Assembly (NCBI GenBank): GCA_900542475.1
Contig: UQNO01000002.1
Span: 64,486-128,485 of the forward strand
DNA length: 64,000 nt
From: an uncultured Bacteroidota bacterium
GTDB taxonomy: Bacteria; Bacteroidota; Bacteroidia; Bacteroidales; F082
Direction of reading: 5' to 3'
Part shown: positions 57,023 to 64,000 of the stretch, piece by piece
How the letters are laid out: every line of letters begins with the position of its first letter
Numbering within the stretch: the stretch's first letter is position 1
Translations under genes and position numbers: made by a program
The notes under the pieces: generated by a model
What the model was told of the DNA's origin: nothing
The model's database searches: none
Seen by the model: only the letters and a program-made list of their open reading frames with translations

Positions 57023-57997
57023 ATGGGATACAGTCCAGCATTAATAAAAGCCTACGCCCGCATGGGGCAGAAAGGCGCAGCGGCCGGAATTGGCATGATG
57101 GAATTAGCCAAGAGTGACCCTGATATGCGGGTGGTTGTGGCTGACAGTGTGGCCATTGCCAGTCTGGACCGCTTCTATACCAACTATCCGAATCAAGTGG
57201 TTAATGCCGGTATCTCTGAGCAGAGCATGATTGGCATTGCCGCCGGTTTGTCATCAGAAGACGGACGAGCAGTGTATGCTTGTACATACGCCGCTTTTGT
57301 GTTAGTAAAAGCCATTGAGTTTGTAAGGCACAATTTAGCATATCACCAGTTCAATGTGAAAATAGTGGGTAATTCCGCAGGATTTGCCATGGAAACCCTT
57401 TCTATATCCCATTGGGCGACGGAAGACATAGCCATGGCCAGAGCACTGCCCAACATGACCATCCTTTCTGCTGCTGACAGTCTGGAGGCTATCAAGATGG
57501 TGAAAGCAGCCCACGACGTGAAAGGCCCCGTGTATGTACGCCTTTCAGGCTTGTTGAACTGCCCCGTTGTGTACTCCAACGACTTTGACTACCAGATTGG
57601 CAAAGCCAACAAATTGCGAGACGGGGATGGAGTTACTATTATAGCAACTGGTATGATGGTGCGTGAATCCTTGGATGCCGCAGAACTTCTTGCTGCCAAA
57701 GGCATCAATGCCCGCGTGGTGGATATGCATACTATCAAGCCGCTTGATACAGTATGTATAGATAAGGCTATGGCAGACTCCAAATTGCTGGTTTCAGTAG
57801 AGGAGCATAGCATTATTGGCGGTTTAGGTGGCGCTATTGCAGAGTATCTGTCTGAAAGAGAGAACACGGCCAGACTGGTACGCATAGGTGTTGGTGATTT
57901 TTATGGAAAATTAGGCGACCTGCGCTACTGCTGGGAACAGCACGGCTTGACAGCCCCGCAGATTGCAAATAGAATAGAAAAAGAGTTAAAAAAATAA
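57023..57997 (+). CDS. Transketolase, C-terminal (pyrimidine-binding) subunit
   Basis: Full-length similarity to TK C-terminal subunits. Confidence 0.85.
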   Translation: MGYSPALIKAYARMGQKGAAAGIGMMELAKSDPDMRVVVADSVAIASLDRFYTNYPNQVVNAGISEQSMIGIAAGLSSEDGRAVYACTYAAFVLVKAIEFVRHNLAYHQFNVKIVGNSAGFAMETLSISHWATEDIAMARALPNMTILSAADSLEAIKMVKAAHDVKGPVYVRLSGLLNCPVVYSNDFDYQIGKANKLRDGDGVTIIATGMMVRESLDAAELLAAKGINARVVDMHTIKPLDTVCIDKAMADSKLLVSVEEHSIIGGLGGAIAEYLSERENTARLVRIGVGDFYGKLGDLRYCWEQHGLTAPQIANRIEKELKK

Positions 57998-58011
57998 AAA
58001 TCTATAAGAAA

Positions 58012-58248
58012 ATGAATAACATTGATAAATTAAAAGAAGCATTTGTCGAAGGTCTTGAAATTCCCATTGAAGAAGTTGAAACTGCTACCATGGAAAGTGT
58101 AGATAAGTGGGACAGCATTGGTCAGATGAGCCTGATTGCCATTATTGAAGAGGTCTTTAGTATTGAGTTTGAGCCTGATGAGGTAATGCAGTTCACTTCT
58201 TTCGAGACTGGTAAAGAGATACTGAAAAACCACGGAATTGAGATGTAA
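58012..58248 (+). CDS. Acyl carrier protein (78 aa)
   Basis: DKWDSIGQMSLI phosphopantetheine site (DSx). Confidence 0.75.
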   Translation: MNNIDKLKEAFVEGLEIPIEEVETATMESVDKWDSIGQMSLIAIIEEVFSIEFEPDEVMQFTSFETGKEILKNHGIEM

Positions 58249-59674
58249 GACCACAAATTATACGAAATATTTGATGCTGTTTGATATTGATAAGAAGCCT
58301 GCGTCGGCGGTGGCTGCCGTTGATGATGCGGGTGGTCAGTTGACATACGGAGAAATAGTTTATCTTCGCAGTGAACTATCTACCATATTGCCGGAACGTG
58401 AGTTGGTGTTTTGTCTGTGCGAAAACCGAGTAGGGGCATTGGCTGGTTTCCTGTCGTTGTATGACTGCAAGGACGTGTGTCTGTTGCTTAATGCGCATAT
58501 TGACAAGGCATTGTTGAAGAAGCTGGATGAAACTTACAAACCGTCCTATTACTGGATGCCGGAGGCTATAGCTGGGGCGAGCAGTTATGATAAAGTGTAT
58601 GACTACAAAGGCTATGTGCTGTGCAAGACTGGTAAGAAAGCCCCTGCAATGCACACCGACCTATCTATGTTGATGACCACTTCCGGAACCACGGGAAGTC
58701 CGAAACTGGTGCGTCACAAGTATGGCAACATAGAGAGCAACGCCAAAAATGTAGCTAAAGTGTTTGGTTGGACCCCAGAAGAAAGAGGTATAGTTGACCT
58801 GCCCATGCAATACACTATGGGACTGAATGTCATTAACAGCCACCTCTTCGCCGGTGCCACCGTATTGTTGATCGAGGTGAATTTGATGAGTCCTAAATAC
58901 TGGACTTTCATCAAGGAGCAGAAAGGAACCAACTTCACAGGCGTGCCGTTCAGCTATGAAATCCTGAATCGTCTGCGTTTCTGGAAGATGGATTTGCCGC
59001 ATCTGACCACGATGGCAGAAGGTGGTGGCAAGCTGTCTGATACGCTTTTCAAGACTTTTGCAGATTATGCCGTGAATAACAGTAAACGGTTCTTTGCTAC
59101 TTTTGGCACTACAGAAACCTCGGCTCGTTTGGCATTCCTGCCACCCGAGCAGGCTGCAACTCATATTGGCAGTATTGGTCACGCCATTCCTGAGGGAAAA
59201 ATCATTTTGGTGGATGAAAACGACAACGAAATCACCGAACCAGATGTGGAAGGCGAACTTCGCTATGAAGGTCCAAATGTCACGATGGGTTACGGGACCT
59301 GCGTGGAAGACCTGTCCAAGGGCGATGAGTTCTGTGGCGTATATGAAACTGGCGACTTGGCCAAGAAAGATGCAGATGGATTCTTCTATATCGTTGGCCG
59401 CAAGAAACGTTTCTTGAAACTCTTTGGACTCCGTGTAAGCCTGGATCAGAGCGAAAAGATTATCTCCGAGAACTTTGGCGGCATGGAATGCGCCTGCACG
59501 GGTGATGACAATCAGATGTTGATTTACATCACACAAAAGGATTTGAAGGAGGACGTTAAAAAACTGATTTCCGAAAAAACAGGTTTAATGACCAAGTTCT
59601 TTGATGTAAAAGAGATAGAAGTAATCCCGAGATTGGAATCGGGGAAGATTAATTACAAGAAATTAGGAAAATAA
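58238..59674 (+). CDS. Adenylate-forming acyl-CoA/acyl-ACP ligase (AMP-binding family)
   Basis: AMP-binding motif MTTSGTTGSPK plus YETGD. Confidence 0.8.
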   Translation: MRCKTTNYTKYLMLFDIDKKPASAVAAVDDAGGQLTYGEIVYLRSELSTILPERELVFCLCENRVGALAGFLSLYDCKDVCLLLNAHIDKALLKKLDETYKPSYYWMPEAIAGASSYDKVYDYKGYVLCKTGKKAPAMHTDLSMLMTTSGTTGSPKLVRHKYGNIESNAKNVAKVFGWTPEERGIVDLPMQYTMGLNVINSHLFAGATVLLIEVNLMSPKYWTFIKEQKGTNFTGVPFSYEILNRLRFWKMDLPHLTTMAEGGGKLSDTLFKTFADYAVNNSKRFFATFGTTETSARLAFLPPEQAATHIGSIGHAIPEGKIILVDENDNEITEPDVEGELRYEGPNVTMGYGTCVEDLSKGDEFCGVYETGDLAKKDADGFFYIVGRKKRFLKLFGLRVSLDQSEKIISENFGGMECACTGDDNQMLIYITQKDLKEDVKKLISEKTGLMTKFFDVKEIEVIPRLESGKINYKKLGK

Positions 59675-59675
59675 C

Positions 59676-60731
59676 ATGGCTTTTTTTAAAATTGAGAATG
59701 TAAAGATAAGTGGTATTTCCGCCTGTGTGCCGCCCAAAAGGGTGGATAATATGGAGTCTGACCTTGTTGAGGACAAGCATGAGATGGAGAAATACATAGA
59801 GACTACTGGTGTAAGATACAGGTATGTGGCAGAAGATGGTATTTGCTCTTCTGACCTCTGCAAGCAGGCAGCTGACAAGCTGATTGAAGAGATGGAAATA
59901 GACAAGTCAGAGATTGGTTGCCTGATTATGGTGACACAGACCCCTGACTATATTTTCCCTGCAACAGCTTGTATTCTGCAAGATCGTCTGGGTTTGCCAT
60001 CGGACTGTATGAGTTTTGATATTACTATGAGCTGTCCAGGATGGATCTATGGCTTGTCCGTGATGTCATCTATTCTCAGTGCAGGCAAGGTAAAGAAAGG
60101 TTTGCTGCTGGTTGGCGAAACATCTACCAAAGCCAAGTCTCCTTATGACCGCGTGAACTTGTTGGCCGGTGATGCAGGTACGGCTACCATATTGGAGTAT
60201 CAGGAAGGTGCAAGTCCCCTGTTGTTTAGTATGCATACGGACGGAAGCAATTACCGCTCGCTTATTATCCCTGATGGTGGTTACAGGAATCCTGTTACAC
60301 TTCAATCTTTTGAGTATTATGAGTGTAAGGATGGTATAAAGCGTAATCGCTTGAATGCCAATATGGAAGGAGAGGATATTCTTTCATTTGCCATGCATAC
60401 GGCCCCTAAATGCATCAAGGGTTTGCTGGAGCATTTTGAGTTGCCCAAGGAAGAAATTGACTACTTTTTGATACATCAAGCCAACCAAATGATTAACAAG
60501 TTAATCCAAAAAAGGTTAAAGGTTGATGAAACTCATTGTCCGTATAATATCCACGACTTTGGTAATACATCTTCAACATCAATTCCGCTGATGATTGTGA
60601 ACAAATTGCGTGAAAAAATTGGTGGAAAGAAGATTGTGGCTTGTGGATTTGGTACTGGATTGGCTTGGGGAGCGATGTGTACGGACATTTCGAATGATTG
60701 TAAGGTAGTTAAATTAAAGAAATATAATTGA
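59676..60731 (+). CDS. 3-oxoacyl-ACP synthase III (FabH-like KAS III)
   Basis: Cys-His-Asn architecture (SCPGW ... HQAN ... GNTSS). Confidence 0.85.
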   Translation: MAFFKIENVKISGISACVPPKRVDNMESDLVEDKHEMEKYIETTGVRYRYVAEDGICSSDLCKQAADKLIEEMEIDKSEIGCLIMVTQTPDYIFPATACILQDRLGLPSDCMSFDITMSCPGWIYGLSVMSSILSAGKVKKGLLLVGETSTKAKSPYDRVNLLAGDAGTATILEYQEGASPLLFSMHTDGSNYRSLIIPDGGYRNPVTLQSFEYYECKDGIKRNRLNANMEGEDILSFAMHTAPKCIKGLLEHFELPKEEIDYFLIHQANQMINKLIQKRLKVDETHCPYNIHDFGNTSSTSIPLMIVNKLREKIGGKKIVACGFGTGLAWGAMCTDISNDCKVVKLKKYN

Positions 60732-61402
60732 AATTAAGCAATATGTCTTCAATAAAGAAAAAATTAAAAGATAATAGTTTTATCAATTCTATCTACTGGA
60801 AGTATATATATTGTCCAGCGGTATTACAAGCGGATTTGTCAGAACTTATGCCAGTTGCTGACAACTTTAATGGTTGCAGTGTAAAAGAATTAACCATTAA
60901 TAGCCCGATGTTTGATAAGTATCTCGCTTTCATAAATGCTATGTATGAAGAGAAAATATATACGAAAAAAGAACTAATACAACTTTTGTCCAATCATTAT
61001 TGGTTAAGAGACGTAAAGACATATGTGCTAATCAATAAGTCTAATCAGATTGTTTCAACAATCTCAACGGGGAAATATAAAAATAACGAAAAACAGGGCG
61101 GTGTGTTTAAATTTGCCACAGATAAGAATAAAAGAAAGCAGGGGTTTGGATTGTATATGTTGCGTTATGGTTATGGCAGACTAAAAACAGACGGATGCTC
61201 TTATGGCGAATCAATAGTGTCATTTAGGAAGAATAGAATACCATCATTGATGACGCATTTTAAATGTGGTTTTATTCCTCAAATGGATAGAAAACTTGTT
61301 GTGTATGAATTAGTTAACAAGAGGGGGGGGGTAAAACATTGGTTTACAAGAAACTGGGTAATGAAGTATTATCAACTATATTTAAGAAAACATTATAAGT
61401 AA
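60728..61402 (+). CDS. GNAT-like hypothetical protein containing a G9 homopolymer tract in its coding sequence
   Basis: QGFGLYML acetyl-CoA-binding-like motif. The G9 tract at 61323-61331 encodes KRGGV. Confidence 0.5.
   Translation: MKLSNMSSIKKKLKDNSFINSIYWKYIYCPAVLQADLSELMPVADNFNGCSVKELTINSPMFDKYLAFINAMYEEKIYTKKELIQLLSNHYWLRDVKTYVLINKSNQIVSTISTGKYKNNEKQGGVFKFATDKNKRKQGFGLYMLRYGYGRLKTDGCSYGESIVSFRKNRIPSLMTHFKCGFIPQMDRKLVVYELVNKRGGVKHWFTRNWVMKYYQLYLRKHYK
61323..61331. repeat. G9 homopolymer tract inside the coding sequence
   Basis: Seen directly: AGAGGGGGGGGGTAAAAC. Confidence 0.9.
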
Positions 61403-61406
61403 TATT

Positions 61407-62477
61407 ATGAAAGTATCTGTTCTGGGCGCTGGCAACGGCGGTCAGGCTATTGCAGGATGGCTTGCAATGCAAGGTTATTCTGTCAGTCTTTATGGCAGAA
61501 ATGAAAAAACTATATTAGAACTTGATGCAAAAAAAAGTATAGAATTTTCCGGAATGATCACTGGGAAAGGGATTCTCGCTAATGTTACAACTAATATGCA
61601 ACGATCAATTGCTGATGCTGATGTCATAATGGTGGTAACTACGGCCAATGCTCATGGTTCAATTGCTCGGCAGATTGCGGGTGATTTAAAAAATGGTCAA
61701 ATAATTATACTTAACCCTGGTCGTACTGGTGGTGCACTAGAGTTTAAACAGGCGTTAGAATCTGCTGGTTGCAAAGCAAGAGTGTATGTTGCAGAGGCAC
61801 AGACGTTGATATATGCCTGTCGTTTGATGAAAAATGGTTTAGTTAATATCATCGGTGTAAAGGATAAGGTTTTGCTTTCGGCACTGCCTTCTTCTGATAC
61901 GGAATATGTTCTTTCCAAAATAACACCTGTTTTTCCCTGTTTTTGTCCAGCAGAAAACGTATTACAAACTTCATTAGAGAACATAGGTGCAATGTTCCAT
62001 CCATGTGTACTATTGTTCAATGCTGCTACCGTAGAACGAAATTCCATGTTTTGGTTCTACCGAGATATGACTCCCAAGATAGCTGACTTTATTGAAAAAT
62101 TTGATAGCGAACGTTTGGCAGTAGGTAAGTCATACGGAATCGACCTTCTTGGTGTGAGCGAATGGATTAGTTATGCATATCCTGGCACAATAGGTGATAC
62201 TCTTTGTGAAAAGATGAAAAATAACCCGGCATATCACGACATCAAATCTCCTTCAACTATTTTTACTCGTCAGTTGACGGAAGACATACCTACTGGTGTT
62301 CTTCCCATTATGGAATTGGGTGAAGTGGCGGGTGTGCCAGTGCCATTGTTGCATTCTATGGTTGCAATTTGTGGAAATTTACTGGATATTGATTTCCGCC
62401 AGAAAGGACGTACACTTAAGCATTTGGGGTTGGCTGGAAAAACAAAAGAAGAAATAATAGATTATCTGTCGCGATGA
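61407..62477 (+). CDS. Opine dehydrogenase-like NAD(P) oxidoreductase (NAD_Gly3P_dh_N plus Octopine_DH-type fold)
   Basis: N-terminal VSVLGAGNGGQA Rossmann motif and an overall opine/ketopantoate-reductase-like layout. Confidence 0.6.
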   Translation: MKVSVLGAGNGGQAIAGWLAMQGYSVSLYGRNEKTILELDAKKSIEFSGMITGKGILANVTTNMQRSIADADVIMVVTTANAHGSIARQIAGDLKNGQIIILNPGRTGGALEFKQALESAGCKARVYVAEAQTLIYACRLMKNGLVNIIGVKDKVLLSALPSSDTEYVLSKITPVFPCFCPAENVLQTSLENIGAMFHPCVLLFNAATVERNSMFWFYRDMTPKIADFIEKFDSERLAVGKSYGIDLLGVSEWISYAYPGTIGDTLCEKMKNNPAYHDIKSPSTIFTRQLTEDIPTGVLPIMELGEVAGVPVPLLHSMVAICGNLLDIDFRQKGRTLKHLGLAGKTKEEIIDYLSR

Positions 62478-64000
62478 AAGAGAAAGCAAGAAGCATGGAC
62501 GTATTTGGATTTATTAAACCGTTGGTGGATGTTCACACAATGGGAGTGTTCACTATTGCAAACCTGTTGATGGACTGCGGATACAAAGTGTATGTGTCAA
62601 AGGATGATGTGAACGAGGCTGTACAAGACCTACGGAAGTTCAATAACTATGGTCTTGTAAAACGCTGGATATTGGATAAGCAAATCAACCGTTTAGGATT
62701 TAGCTATAGGTTGGATCCCGTGGAAGGGTGTAACTATTTCATGTCATTGTATGAGCGTCTTGAACAAGACGATATGTTTGCCAAAGACGGTGGCCCTTTA
62801 ACTCAAATATTCTTTGCAGGTTTGCCGGATACATGTGATCGGGTGAAAGGAAAGACAAATGGAGAAGTACTGGTGTTTCCAGGAAACGAAACACCAATTG
62901 AGTCTCTCAAGATGCTGAACGTTCCAGATAAATGTCTGTCAGGAACACTTATTGAGGATAATGCCTACGATAAGATGCGTTGGAATTTTGCCAAAGAACT
63001 TATTGAGAGTGAACGCTGGCGTTTAGCGTCCTACCAGGATCATTATGGTTACAAAACATGTGGTACAAAGAATGATAAGTTCGTAGACCGTTTAAACTAT
63101 GCGGTGGAGAAACATTCGCTGCCTATAATCCGTACGCATTCTGGCCCGTATAATCCTAACAGATTGGAGGCATTGAAAGAATATAATTCATGGATTAAGG
63201 ATTTGGCACAGTCAAAATTGTTGGATGTGCTTTCTATTGGTAGTTCTCAATTAACGCAGTCTCACTTTGGAGAGGATTGGAAAGATCTTCCTAATGGAGG
63301 TGGTGTGCCTGTTAATTCAGAAATGGAGTACAACATTATTCGCGACAATGCCTCTCCTATGCTTGTCCGTACTTATTCAGGCACTAAGAATGTACCTGAT
63401 TTGGCTAAAATACATGAACGTTCGCTGAATATATCTTGGCATGCATTGTCTTTTTGGTGGTTTAATGAAATAGATGGTCGTGGCAGTAATACACTCTTGG
63501 AAAATCTTAGAGAGCATTTTGAAACGGTAAAATATGCAGCATCCTCTGATAAGCCAGTGGAACCTAATGTGCCGCACCATTTTGCTTTCCGTGGTGCAGA
63601 TGACATTACCTATATAATTTCCGGGTATCTTGCAGCCAAGGCTTGCAAGAAGATGGGCTTGAAGCATTTGATACTCCAGAATATGCTCAATACACCTAAA
63701 TACACTTGGGGTGTTGAAGATCTGGCCAAAGGGCGAGCCATGATAAAAATAGTACGCTCGTTGGAAAATGCAAACTTCAAGGTAAGCCTTCAGAGTCGTG
63801 CTGGTTTGGATTACTTTGCACCTAACTTGGAGTATGCCAAAATTCAATTGGCGGCTGTGACTTGTATGATGGATGATCTTGATCCTGGCAATGATAATAG
63901 CCCTGAGATTGTTCATGTTGTGAACTATTCAGAGGCGGTTCGTTTAGCAACACCACCAGTCATTAAGGATAGTATCAAGATAACACTTTCTGCATTACAT
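62474..64000 (+). CDS. Cobalamin(B12)-binding-domain protein with a large C-terminal domain; 3' end outside the window
   Basis: Hand-translated open frame from an ATG overlapping the upstream stop (ATGA). No stop occurs before 64000. The N-terminal DVHTMGVF matches the DxHxxG B12-binding signature. Confidence 0.55.
   Translation, partial: MKEKARSMDVFGFIKPLVDVHTMGVFTIANLLMDCGYKVYVSKDDVNEAVQDLRKFNNYGLVKRWILDKQINRLGFSYRLDPVEGCNYFMSLYERLEQDDMFAKDGGPLTQIFFAGLPDTCDRVKGKTNGEVLVFPGNETPIESLKMLNVPDKCLSGTLIEDNAYDKMRWNFAKELIESERWRLASYQDHYGYKTCGTKNDKFVDRLNYAVEKHSLPIIRTHSGPYNPNRLEALKEYNSWIKDLAQSKLLDVLSIGSSQLTQSHFGEDWKDLPNGGGVPVNSEMEYNIIRDNASPMLVRTYSGTKNVPDLAKIHERSLNISWHALSFWWFNEIDGRGSNTLLENLREHFETVKYAASSDKPVEPNVPHHFAFRGADDITYIISGYLAAKACKKMGLKHLILQNMLNTPKYTWGVEDLAKGRAMIKIVRSLENANFKVSLQSRAGLDYFAPNLEYAKIQLAAVTCMMDDLDPGNDNSPEIVHVVNYSEAVRLATPPVIKDSIKITLSALH

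Noticed and set aside
58661-59536. 291-aa minus-strand ORF
   Set aside because: It is antisense to the AMP-binding ligase gene, which has the canonical TSGTTGSPK motif.
1-64000. CRISPR arrays, rRNA genes, integrase or intact transposase
   Set aside because: None found. Direct repeats present are tandem (27-bp, 22-bp, 41-bp) without unique spacers. No intact recombinase ORF accompanies the tRNA-adjacent island or the MITE-like repeats within this window.

Overview
The window looks like a Bacteroidales (Bacteroides/Prevotella/Muribaculaceae-like) chromosome segment. The assignment rests on a UpxY-type NusG paralog, an XrtF-like exosortase and Bacteroides-style TAnnTTTG -7 promoter motifs. Positions 1-6400 hold the distal end of a surface-glycan locus: GT4 and GT2 glycosyltransferases, two phosphoglycosyl transferases, and an in-frame 27-bp tandem repeat inside one GT gene. 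tRNA-Asn follows. Positions 6700-19900 carry housekeeping genes (PfkB/adenosine kinase, an EF-G paralog, mnmA, xth, ClC channel, XrtF-like/OM barrel pair, C-N hydrolase, trkA, LTA-synthase-like sulfatase), punctuated by at least five copies of a MITE-like repeat whose terminal inverted repeats contain GTCATTTCGAC. A tRNA-Gln at 19926 is followed by an AT-rich island (about 20.8-24.3 kb) carrying an apparent RiPP cluster. That cluster has an unlisted 48-aa Cys-rich precursor peptide gene, a radical-SAM/SPASM maturase and membrane proteins. From 25.8 kb a UpxY-led capsule locus begins: two nucleotide-sugar dehydrogenases, a NagB-like/PIG-L fusion and rmlA. It is interrupted at 32.3-36.1 kb by 41-bp direct repeats, a Fic N-terminal remnant, an IS1182/IS5-like transposase remnant and an AT-rich HAD plus SAMHD1-like HD hydrolase pair. 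It then resumes with a near-complete legionaminic-acid-type nonulosonic acid pathway (CapD-like dehydratase, DegT aminotransferase, PglD-like acetyltransferase, NeuB, NeuC, NeuA homologues, a PtmA-like SDR and a PtmE-like CBS-nucleotidyltransferase). A defence-like AAA-ATPase/RloB pair is embedded in that pathway, and the RloB gene carries an in-frame TGA. After wzx, GT4, wzy, an unassigned candidate transferase and a NeuD-like acetyltransferase, the window ends with an acyl-tailoring cluster. That cluster has two ACPs, two FabG-like SDRs, a split transketolase, an acyl-AMP ligase, FabH, a GNAT-like gene carrying a G9 tract, an opine-dehydrogenase-like gene and a B12-binding-domain protein running off the window. 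No rRNA or CRISPR array was seen.
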